38,448 nt of DNA from Alphaproteobacteria bacterium (GTDB lineage Bacteria; Pseudomonadota; Alphaproteobacteria; Puniceispirillales; Puniceispirillaceae). The stretch spans positions 1 to 38,448 of the forward strand of contig WTHY01000150.1 in the NCBI GenBank assembly GCA_011522945.1, in the 5' to 3' direction. This document shows, in pieces, positions 1 through 8,410 of this stretch; within the stretch, counting starts at the first letter, position 1; the number at the start of each line of letters is the position of its first letter. Below the pieces are notes generated by a model. The model saw only the letters and a program-made list of their open reading frames with translations, did no database searches and was not told the origin of the DNA. The position numbers and the translations under genes were made by a program.

Positions 1-897
1 ATTACCGTTATTGGTGGTGCGAATGTGGATATTGTTGCCAGATATACAGAGCAACAAACAACATTTTCTGACTCATATTCAGGGCAAATAACTACATCTG
101 CCGGAGGCGTGGCGCGCAATATCGCAGAAAATTTGGGGCATTTTGGCAATCATGTAAAACTAATCTGCGGTATTGGTGATGATGATTTCTCAAAGATAAT
201 CATTGAGAGTCTATCTGCAGCACATGTTGATATAGAGGCGTCTTATATCTGTGCAAATTCTGTATCAGATAGCTATTTAACTTTGCTCGATAATGCAGGT
301 GAATTACTCCATGCGGTAAACCAGATGGCTTTGGTTGATAGGCTAACCCCCACATATTTGGCTCAGTTCGAACAGGTTATTACAGCCTCTGACATAATTG
401 TTGCTGATTGTAATCTTCCAGCTGAGAGTATCGCATGGCTTATAACGCACGAAGGCAGACCAAACCTCTATTTTGACGGTGTATCATCTGAGAAAATTGT
501 CAAACTCACACCATATTTAGGGCAATTTGAGGGCCTTAAATGCAATCAAAGCGAAGCTGCCAAACTAACAGGTTTGGCCAGCAATGATGACCCTGCAAAA
601 ACAGTAGAAATTCTGGTAAAACTTGGCCTCCAGACCGTCATAATATCGCTTGGAGAAGCAGGCCTGATTTATAATCATCAAGCGCATCAGCTATCAGCAC
701 GTCCAGAAGCGCTCAAAGAGACACCCGTTTCAGTATCAGGCGCTGGAGATGCCCTTTTTGCCGGATTACTTCATGGCCAGCTACATGGCATGCCGCAAAA
801 TCAGGCCGTCCAATTAGGATTACAGGCAGCTGCAGTGACCTTAAAATACCCAGAGGCCGTCACCCCGGCTGTATCACAGCTCATCGAGCAGAAATGA
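1..897 (+). CDS. psuK: Pseudouridine kinase, PfkB/ribokinase family. The 5' end is truncated by the window edge.
   Basis: Frame 1 is open from base 1 and reads ITVIGGANVDIV, the PfkB N-terminal motif. A C-terminal SGAGDA motif is present. The gene lies directly upstream of psuG. Confidence 0.8.
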   Translation: MTVIGGANVDIVARYTEQQTTFSDSYSGQITTSAGGVARNIAENLGHFGNHVKLICGIGDDDFSKIIIESLSAAHVDIEASYICANSVSDSYLTLLDNAGELLHAVNQMALVDRLTPTYLAQFEQVITASDIIVADCNLPAESIAWLITHEGRPNLYFDGVSSEKIVKLTPYLGQFEGLKCNQSEAAKLTGLASNDDPAKTVEILVKLGLQTVIISLGEAGLIYNHQAHQLSARPEALKETPVSVSGAGDALFAGLLHGQLHGMPQNQAVQLGLQAAAVTLKYPEAVTPAVSQLIEQK

Positions 898-901
898 GAC
901 C

Positions 902-1822
902 ATGATGTCTAACAAACTTAAGGTGAAACTCTCAGATGAGGTGAAGCAGGCACTTCACGCAGGCCGGCCTGTTGTGGCTTTGGAATCGACAATCATTTCA
1001 CATGGGCTTCCCTATCCAGAAAACATTGAGACAGCCAAATCACTTGAACATATCATCAGGCAAAAAGGGGCAACCCCAGCAACTATCGCTGTCATTGATG
1101 GCATCCCAAAGGCTGGGTTGACTGAAGAAGAGTTGTTACATCTAGGCAACTCTCAAAATACCATCACAAAACTATCCAGACGTGATTTGCCTCTAGCCTT
1201 AAGCCAAGGCTTGGATGGTTCGACCACTGTCGCAGCCACTATGATTATCGCGGCTGCCGCAGGCATACAGGTGTTTGCCACAGGCGGTATTGGTGGCGTA
1301 CATCATGGTGCTGATAAAAATTTTGATGTCTCAGCAGATCTCCCAGAACTGGGAAAGACAGATGTTGCTGTCATATGTGCTGGGCCGAAAGCGATATTGG
1401 ATATCCCTGCAACCATGGAATATCTGGAAACATTAGGTGTCCCGGTTATCGGGTATCAATGCGATACTATGCCTGCCTTCTGGTCTCGCACATCCGGCGT
1501 TGCTCTTGAATGCCGCCTTGATACTGCGGCAGAGATTGCAAATTTATGTAAGCATAAATGGCAAACTGGGCTAACAGGGGGCGTATTAATTGGTAATCCT
1601 GTTCCTGAAAAAGAGGAAATACCACCGGCACAGATTACTGCAGCAATTCATCAAGCTCTCAAGGATGCTGAAACACAGAAGATAAGCGGCAAACAACTTA
1701 CGCCGTTTTTACTGGATAGCATCAGGCACATAACAGATGGCATCAGCCTGAAAACTAATAAATCCTTAATTGAAAATAATGCCGCTCTGGCAGCAGATAT
1801 TGCGATAGCGCTGTCAGCCTGA
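902..1822 (+). CDS. psuG: Pseudouridine-5'-phosphate glycosidase
   Basis: 306 aa. The ALESTIISHGLPYPEN and GGIGGVH motifs are typical of the PsuG/YeiN (IndA) family. The start is 4 nt after the psuK stop. Confidence 0.9.
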   Translation: MMSNKLKVKLSDEVKQALHAGRPVVALESTIISHGLPYPENIETAKSLEHIIRQKGATPATIAVIDGIPKAGLTEEELLHLGNSQNTITKLSRRDLPLALSQGLDGSTTVAATMIIAAAAGIQVFATGGIGGVHHGADKNFDVSADLPELGKTDVAVICAGPKAILDIPATMEYLETLGVPVIGYQCDTMPAFWSRTSGVALECRLDTAAEIANLCKHKWQTGLTGGVLIGNPVPEKEEIPPAQITAAIHQALKDAETQKISGKQLTPFLLDSIRHITDGISLKTNKSLIENNAALAADIAIALSA

Positions 1823-2207
1823 ATTCAGAGATGCTCCGCAGCAATGAGTATAGGGAATATGGTAAAGATGCGGGCAGGACCCTACGAAGCGATGATTTGC
1901 AACAATGCAAGCTTTAGCCTTGAACAGCCGTTAACTCTTTAGACCAAAAACTTGTGAAATCCTCTGATTTTTTAGCCAGTCCAGCTCACCTTTGACACGC
2001 GTCTAATTTTAGTATGCTACATCAAATTATAAGCCCGCATGCTATCACCAAAATTTAAAGCCCTAATACGCTAGATACAGGATGGACATAAACCCAACGG
2101 AAATAGCTTCATACCGCCAATAGAGCCTATATCACCGTTAAGCTAATTACTGCAGATGAGAGGTCTATGCGCACTCAAACCCTAGCAGATTTCCTCTACG
2201 CAAAAGA

Positions 2208-3155
2208 TTAGAATTGCCAGCGAAACCCAGTTGCTTCTTCAGACACAGACCATAATTTTTCCATCACCTGCTTGTCATAAGCATGCGCATTCAGCGTACC
2301 TTTGCCGACTGGTCCGACAAATTCTATGAAGCCAGTTGGCCCATAGAGTGCCCGAGCCTCAAGCCCATCTTCTGTCGCACACATTAAACTTGGGTAGGAG
2401 CCTTTTTCGGCTGATTGCACCAGCGGTGTCTTTGTCATAAGCCAGAAGATTGCCTTTGTAAGGCCGCTGCCATTTGTGGCTATGAGTGAGGTAGCGGACG
2501 AACCTGGATGGCAGACATATGCCTTCACATGCGATTTTGTCCGATCAAGCCTATCTTGCAGCTCATACGCGAACATCATTTGCGCCAATTTACTCTGGCT
2601 GTAGGCAGAATTCGGGCTGTAATTTTTATCCCAATTCATATCCGTGAATTTTATGGTCTTAAGCCCCAAATTATATCCTAGGCTAGCGACAATAACGACC
2701 CTACCCTGAGAGGCTTCAAGACGCTCAAAAAGCCTCCCACATAACAAAAAATGCCCATAATGGTTAGTGCCTAATTGGCTTTCAAAACCATCAATAGTCA
2801 GCTGCCTTTTCGGCACTTGTGCGATTGCTGCATTACAAATCAACGCATCTATCTTTGGTACAGTATCCAAAATTTCGTCTGCTGCTGCCTGCACAGTTGC
2901 TAAATCTGCCAAATTCATTGTGACAAACCGTATTTTGGCATTATCTCCACAGGCTTGTTTAAGGGCATCTATTGTTGCCTTTGATTTTTGTGGATTGCGA
3001 TTAAGCATGACAACCTCAGCACCCTTCGAAAGCAAGATGCGAGCTGCTTGATACCCTGTTCCAGATGTTGCGCCTGTTATCAGATAGGTTTTCCCATCTA
3101 AAGACGAAATCTGCTCAGGCGTCCAACCGAGGTTTTCCTTTTTAGACGGCGCCAT
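2208..3155 (-). CDS. SDR family oxidoreductase (retinol-dehydrogenase-like)
   Basis: 315 aa. N-terminal ITGATSGTGYQAA Rossmann motif, an NAA segment and YSQSK (YxxxK) catalytic motif. Confidence 0.8.
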   Translation of the reverse strand: MAPSKKENLGWTPEQISSLDGKTYLITGATSGTGYQAARILLSKGAEVVMLNRNPQKSKATIDALKQACGDNAKIRFVTMNLADLATVQAAADEILDTVPKIDALICNAAIAQVPKRQLTIDGFESQLGTNHYGHFLLCGRLFERLEASQGRVVIVASLGYNLGLKTIKFTDMNWDKNYSPNSAYSQSKLAQMMFAYELQDRLDRTKSHVKAYVCHPGSSATSLIATNGSGLTKAIFWLMTKTPLVQSAEKGSYPSLMCATEDGLEARALYGPTGFIEFVGPVGKGTLNAHAYDKQVMEKLWSVSEEATGFRWQF

Positions 3156-3723
3156 TTTTACCCTCTCTCTAAATATACATCGTTCCTATACAGGCGCGAT
3201 GCGCAAAAGCATAAATATATAAACAGATAATAAGTAGTAGGAATTTATCAAAGCTTGATATGAATTAGCCATTTTGACGCCGTAAAGCCATCTAGGCCGG
3301 TATTTTGAAGACCTGCAATTTTCCCTGTACAAAAGCGCTAGAGCCAGAATATTCAGTCTTCTGACAGTTTTGATACTGGTAATATCAACTCACAAGGCCA
3401 GCTCTACTAGATTATGAGCTTATTGGCACTAGCCTATCAAATAGCTGCTGAAGCTGGTGGATTGCTTTGACACCCACAAAATACATATTCACAGGACAAA
3501 ATTTGGTTGGTTGAGAGCATGTTACAACCAGCCGACGACATCACTTTTGAAATAGGCAGACCGTTTCAAACCCCTCAAAATACCTGTTTACACAACCCAG
3601 CACGAAGTCGTGTGCAGTCCTTTGGCGCTAGCGCATCGAACGACATTTACGCTTTATAATTTAGGGCTTTTAAAAGCGTCAAAAATCAGCTTTACGGCTA
3701 ATTTTGCGAGGGAATGCTGGTGC

Positions 3724-3746
3724 GGGTAGTGCAGATAACACTACCC
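3724..3746. terminator. Perfect 8-bp hairpin (gggtagtg / cactaccc, 7-nt loop). Possibly a weak terminator for the minus-strand mini gene that ends at 3782.
   Basis: The inverted repeat is seen directly. It lies 36 nt downstream of the 3782 stop. There is no clean U-tract on the minus strand and only a partial T-run on the plus strand. Confidence 0.3.
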
Positions 3747-3781
3747 ATACCATTTGTTTTAACAACTATCTGTCTGACGAG

Positions 3782-3922
3782 TTAGCTAGCCGCTTTCTTT
3801 GCGTCCTGCTTAGCTTCCCATTGCGCCTTTCTCTCGGCATATTGTTCTTCAGATAGATTGTGCCAACCGCAACATTTACCAGTTGGGCTACGACCACAAC
3901 CGCAGGCATTTGCTTCGCTCAT
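3782..3922 (-). CDS. Small (46 aa) Cys-rich protein with a SEC-C-like CxC-x7-CC metal-binding motif
   Basis: An internal ATG at 3922 is preceded by GGAG 7 nt upstream. The product is MSEANACGCGRSPTGKCCGWH... followed by a charged helix. The motif resembles the SecA/YecA C-terminal SEC-C motif CPCGSGKKYKxCC. Confidence 0.5.
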   Translation of the reverse strand: MSEANACGCGRSPTGKCCGWHNLSEEQYAERKAQWEAKQDAKKAAS

Positions 3923-4005
3923 GAATAACTCCAAAAAAGAAAATCCGGTCCGTTTTTTCTTACGCAAACATGAGTCAATGGATGCCTAAATTTCAGATTT
4001 ATTTT

Positions 4006-4566
4006 CTAGCCCGCATTGAGTGCTTCAATCCGGCGATCTCTGCCACAGCTAAACCGATAGAATCTGTATTTTATCCCGTTCTTTTTATAAAAATCCTGAT
4101 GTGCCTCGCGAACAGGGTAGAATTGGCTTTCAGCTTCAATTGGCACGATTGACGTCTCTGGCGCCAGCTTCTCAGCTATCATGCGCTCTGCTTCAGTCTT
4201 GTAATATATGGCAGGACTATAAGAATGACCACGATCACAAAATTGACCGCCATTATCTTCATAATCAATCGTGGCATATACATGCGCAACCAGCTCTTCA
4301 AAGGAAATAATCTCAGGGTCATATATGACCTGCGCAGCTTCACGATGGTCGCCCCATTGGCCAGGCTGATAGACAGGGTCTGCTGTCGAACCGCCAGTAA
4401 AGCCGCTGATGACATCACTGACGCCATCAAGCTTCTCAGAGTCCGCCTCTGTGCACCAAAAGCAGCCACCAGAATACACAAAGGTCTCTGCCAGCACTAT
4501 GCGTGGCATCATAATAATAGCCAGAATAGACGCGGCGATTGCAAAGGTTATATGTTTCATCTTCAT
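4006..4566 (-). CDS. msrA: Peptide-methionine (S)-S-oxide reductase MsrA with an N-terminal signal or anchor sequence
   Basis: 186 aa with the GGCFWCTEA active-site motif. The N-terminus MKMKHITFAIAASILAIIMMPRIVLA looks like a signal peptide. Confidence 0.9.
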   Translation of the reverse strand: MKMKHITFAIAASILAIIMMPRIVLAETFVYSGGCFWCTEADSEKLDGVSDVISGFTGGSTADPVYQPGQWGDHREAAQVIYDPEIISFEELVAHVYATIDYEDNGGQFCDRGHSYSPAIYYKTEAERMIAEKLAPETSIVPIEAESQFYPVREAHQDFYKKNGIKYRFYRFSCGRDRRIEALNAG

Positions 4567-4584
4567 ACCAATTCATTCGAAATT

Positions 4585-4611
4585 GCAGTCTCTACCAGTC
4601 GGCAGTCTCTA
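4585..4611. promoter_or_regulatory. Exact 10-nt direct repeat gcagtctcta x2 with a 17-nt period, 19-45 nt upstream of the msrA start
   Basis: The copies are at 4585-4594 and 4602-4611. On the coding strand they read TAGAGACTGC-N7-TAGAGACTGC. The regulatory role is inferred from position only. Confidence 0.4.
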
Positions 4612-5090
4612 TCCTGATTTTATGGTCAAGGAATATGGTTACAATATGGCTAATTATGCTCATTTCTAGATACAAACCAGACAGTATCAAAACAGCCACC
4701 CTCAAAAGCACTGGCAGTAGAGACAAAACTAGCTAGAAACACCTAGATATCTGCATCTGATATATCAATGCTATAGCTCTAATCCTATTTTTCTGTTTAA
4801 GCAGTAGAACTGCCTTTGCAAAAAGAGGTCCAGCCAAGACGTCCTTAGCAAAAAACTCCCCGCACAAGTTTCCCAATATGCTTCTTTTTGAACCAAAATT
4901 TCCAGTGAACATTGCTCACAGACAGACAACGAGACGGGCTTTGCTGGATAAGGCGTGTCTCAGGTAAAGCGCCAGCCTGTGTAAGTTGATTGCCCTTTAA
5001 CAAGACCAGCTTTGACGATAGGCGCTAGTTACCAAGCGCGTTATCGATAAGACACTCGTAATATCAACTATATATAGGCAGCGGGGCTTT

Positions 5091-5234
5091 TTAAGTTTTG
5101 TCGGTCTTAAAACGCTTACGCAAAGCCCTTATACCGAAATATAAACCCAGCGCAACTGCCGCTAATATGAAGGTATCTGTGTGTGATACACGCTCGCCGC
5201 TGAACAATGATGTAATAGTATTGAAAATATTCAT
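5091..5234 (-). CDS. Possible 47-aa single-pass membrane protein. It is below the 60-aa cutoff of the ORF track.
   Basis: ATG at 5234 to TAA at 5091. The translation is MNIFNTITSLFSGERVSHTDTFILAAVALGLYFGIRALRKRFKTDKT, with a hydrophobic core and a basic tail. No convincing Shine-Dalgarno sequence is present. Confidence 0.3.
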   Translation of the reverse strand: MNIFNTITSLFSGERVSHTDTFILAAVALGLYFGIRALRKRFKTDKT

Positions 5235-5503
5235 AATACCAGTAGCTTACCAATTGCCCTACTTACCACAAGCAAAAACTGAAATGGTTGAGAAAAGTGG
5301 CAGCATCCGCATCAATATTTGAAACCTGTCCTAGAGCCATATCCAATTGCTGCATCATAATGCGGGTAAAGGATATTGGTTTACCACGCACTCCGCTTAT
5401 CAAGTATTACGATTTCGCAATTACCATTGATGACTATTTTTGCGCAAATAGCCATGCTAGGCTGAATACCTTACAGGACCATTCTTAACAGGGATTTATT
5501 TGT

Positions 5504-6499
5504 ATGACCATTTTGATATTAGGCGCTGCTGGCATGATTGGGCGCAAGCTCACAGACAGGCTGATACAAGAAGGCGGGATCCTGAAAGCTGATGAAAAGC
5601 TAATATTACATGATATTATTGAACCAGAAGCGCCCTTAAACCATCAAAATTATTTGTGCTTGTCTGGCGATTTAGCTGCTGCTGACACCGTGATGCAATT
5701 AGCAGCCTATCAGCCAGACATTATTTTTCATCTGGCATCTATGGTGTCTGGTGAAGCTGAGCAAAATTTTAACAAGGGCTGGTCAGTAAATATGCAAGGT
5801 AGCTGGCATTTATGTGAAGCCTTAAAACACTATCATCAAGCAAGCGATGAGCGTTATCGCGCAAAAATCATTTTTGCTTCATCAATAGCTGTTTTTGGCC
5901 CACCTTTTCCTGACAATAAATTAGAAGCAATTCATGACGACTTTCTGACGGCCCCACAAACCTCTTATGGTGCGCAAAAAGCAATGGTTGAAATGCTTAT
6001 CGCTGATTATGCCAGAAAGGGCTATATTGACGGCTTATCCATTAGGCTACCAACCATTTGCGTCAGACCAGGCAAACCAAATGCTGCAGCATCTAGCTTT
6101 TTTTCAGGCATTATTAGAGACCCTCTAAATGGCTTTGACGCCATTTTGCCCGTGCCAGATACTGTCCGTCATTGGCACGCCTCACCGCGATCTGCAGCAG
6201 GGTTTATGGTTCATGCCGCCAATCTTGATACGAGCTTGCTTGGGGGCAGACGCAGCCTAAATATGCCAGGGCTATCTTGCACGGTGGCAGAACAAATTGA
6301 AGCCCTTCGTGACATTGCTGGTGAAGCTGTAATTGCGAAAATCAAACCATCGCCTGATGACAAAATTATAGAAATTGTTAATAACTGGCCCCGTGCTTTT
6401 CAGCCAGAACGTGCTATTTCACTGGGATTTCGTGCCGAAACAAGTTTTAGAGAGATTATTGAGATCTATCTAGAAGATGATATGCCTCACCTTTCCTAG
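5504..6499 (+). CDS. NAD-dependent epimerase/dehydratase family protein, D-erythronate dehydrogenase (DenD)-like
   Basis: 331 aa with an ILGAAGMIGRKL Rossmann motif, YGAQK (YxxxK) and RLPTICVRPGKPNAAASSFFSGIIRDPLNG. I recall this last segment as typical of the DenD-type subfamily. No acid-sugar kinase partner lies nearby. Confidence 0.65.
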   Translation: MTILILGAAGMIGRKLTDRLIQEGGILKADEKLILHDIIEPEAPLNHQNYLCLSGDLAAADTVMQLAAYQPDIIFHLASMVSGEAEQNFNKGWSVNMQGSWHLCEALKHYHQASDERYRAKIIFASSIAVFGPPFPDNKLEAIHDDFLTAPQTSYGAQKAMVEMLIADYARKGYIDGLSIRLPTICVRPGKPNAAASSFFSGIIRDPLNGFDAILPVPDTVRHWHASPRSAAGFMVHAANLDTSLLGGRRSLNMPGLSCTVAEQIEALRDIAGEAVIAKIKPSPDDKIIEIVNNWPRAFQPERAISLGFRAETSFREIIEIYLEDDMPHLS

Positions 6500-6620
6500 A
6501 CTGTGAACAGCCTCATGATGCTGCTCGTCTTTCTCTGATTTCACTCGGAGCCATCATGACCTCTAATGGTAGTCGACCGTCACAGAGGGTCAGCTACTTC
6601 GGTATCTGGCGCTTTTGCAT

Positions 6621-6953
6621 CTAGCGTTTACAGAAATTAGCGTAGGAGGTCGTTAGCATTTCCAGATACTTTACCGTCTCAGCTGCCATTTGATTTTCAT
6701 CTGACATCACAAGGTGCAAATAGATGAACCCATTTATGTCTTTCTTGAGTTCATAACAAACTTCAACCTGAAGCCTTTCCTGCTGCGCAATCATTTCTTG
6801 GTTCATAGTAGATGCCCAAGCAGATTGGAAAAGCAATAAGAAACCAAGAATTGTTACGGTAAGAAACATCAGTAACTTTGTGCGGCTTGTTGTCTTACGT
6901 ATGCGCTTTGGCTGCACAATACCATTCGTCAAATGTGGGAAATGTACTTCCAT
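6621..6953 (-). CDS. Hypothetical exported or membrane-anchored protein (110 aa)
   Basis: A strong RBS (AAGGAGAGG) lies 5 nt upstream of the ATG. The protein has one hydrophobic segment ending in AWA-ST. I recognise no family. Confidence 0.5.
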   Translation of the reverse strand: MEVHFPHLTNGIVQPKRIRKTTSRTKLLMFLTVTILGFLLLFQSAWASTMNQEMIAQQERLQVEVCYELKKDINGFIYLHLVMSDENQMAAETVKYLEMLTTSYANFCKR

Positions 6954-7796
6954 CCTAGCCTCTCCTTTATTGTGTATACGCCAATTGACACATGCCTAGA
7001 TTAATTGGGGCCAAACTACTGAAGCAAATCGCGTACGGTATCTTTTTCCAAACTTTGTTTCCTTGTTGTGTTACGCATTGCCTATGTCCAATCACCGTTT
7101 TTGGAACCTTGATTGAGAAAATTTTTATTGCTGTATGGTTTATTTTGATGTCAACGCACTCCACTACCTTTGCGCTAGACTGTCGGGATCTTGTATCAAA
7201 GGGGAGAACCGACGCAGACGACGCTGTCTTTAACAGGAATAATTTTAGACAATTTGTGGAAGCGGGTGATATGAAGATGGCCGAAACTGCTTTTGATTGG
7301 TACGAAAGTCGCTTAGAATCGGCCGCTAAATGGGCAACCATCTGTAACAGCTTTTGCAAAGAGCAACCTGTCGGACTTGCAATCTCATAGATATCGCTTG
7401 TGTTTTGCAGAGCTTCTAGTTTGGCTTGATACGTCTAAAAACCATAGTAAAGCAACAAACAAAAACCACACCAAATGGCCTTTTGAAGATCTTTTTGAAG
7501 CGGTGTTTGCCTCCACTAACAGCGGGAGTCATTTCTGAGATATGGTGCCAAAATTAGCGCCTTGCGCCTCCTTGTCACAAATGCTCAGCTAAAATCACGC
7601 AGTATAAAGGCCGTAAACGTAGGCTGACCATAGGTTACACGCTATCACCATGGCACACCTCAGCCACCGCTGCGACACAAATACTTTGACTAATGAGCTA
7701 AACAGGTTCGTATCCAGCCATAACAATACTAGAGTTATGACGAGTGTCTAAGGGCTGAAAAATCTTTATAGACCGAGGATTTTATGAGGGAAAAAG

Positions 7797-7872
7797 TGGT
7801 GCCCGGAGGCGGACTCGAACCACCGACACGCGGATTTTCAATCCGCTGCTCTACCAACTGAGCTATCCGGGC
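7797..7872 (-). tRNA. tRNA-Phe (anticodon GAA), with encoded CCA
   Basis: The reverse complement is GCCCGGATAGCTCAGTTGGTAGAGCAGCGGATTGAAAATCCGCGTGTCGGTGGTTCGAGTCCGCCTCCGGGCACCA. It folds as a cloverleaf and is close to E. coli tRNA-Phe. Confidence 0.97.
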
Positions 7873-8036
7873 ATTAGGTATTTCTACCATCTGGCTGCTT
7901 CGCATAAGACTTGCAAATTTTGCCTGTGCCGGATGTTATAGCGGCCTCAAATTCTGCTGTCCAGCCTTTTGCCCATTTGAATCAGCATTAATTATCTACA
8001 GCCCTGAAGATACTGGTAGCACAATCTATCTCATGC

Positions 8037-8306
8037 TTATTTTAGACCAGGATCGCGGTCTGCATCTGCAAGCATCGCTTCTAGGTCTGCATCCTCTTGC
8101 GCCTCATGAGCAGGCACACGATAATCTTCATTTAGCCAGGCGCCCAAATCTAGCTGTGCACAACGACGTGAACAAAAGGGTGTGTGTGGCTTTGCTGACT
8201 CTGCGCCACATTGTGGACAAGGCTTGGAAATAGGTGACACAGATGAATCTGTAGGCTTTTGGCCCGTCTTACGGACATCATCTAATGAGGTGATTTTTGC
8301 ACTCAT
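8037..8306 (-). CDS. yacG: DNA gyrase inhibitor YacG (zinc ribbon)
   Basis: CPQCG...FCSRRCAQLDLGAWLNEDYRVP is the YacG signature. Confidence 0.85.
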   Translation of the reverse strand: MSAKITSLDDVRKTGQKPTDSSVSPISKPCPQCGAESAKPHTPFCSRRCAQLDLGAWLNEDYRVPAHEAQEDADLEAMLADADRDPGLK

Positions 8307-8410
8307 TGGAATTTCCCTTCCATCAACAAAGGACCGTTTCAGCTCAAACAGAGCAAACCACAGACAGACTACCTATCTATATCTAATAATTATAGGCCCA
8401 TGCCAAGGCT

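Noticed and set aside
5091-5234. Idea that the 47-aa ORF marks a filamentous (inovirus) prophage
   Set aside because: Only the general coat-protein architecture matches. No replication initiator, Zot-like ATPase, ssDNA-binding protein or minor coat gene lies anywhere nearby. The flanking DNA is ORF-poor.
6967-7390. Overlapping ORFs 6967..7359 (-) and 6992..7390 (+)
   Set aside because: They are mutually exclusive. The minus ORF needs a TTG start, and the plus ORF has no Shine-Dalgarno sequence. I could not decide from sequence alone, so neither is listed as a feature. The region is flagged as a finding instead.
6500-7872. Calling the tRNA-Phe flank a bona fide genomic island
   Set aside because: No integrase, no transposase and no detectable direct repeat of the tRNA 3' end were seen. 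It is reported only as an ORFan segment worth comparing with relatives.
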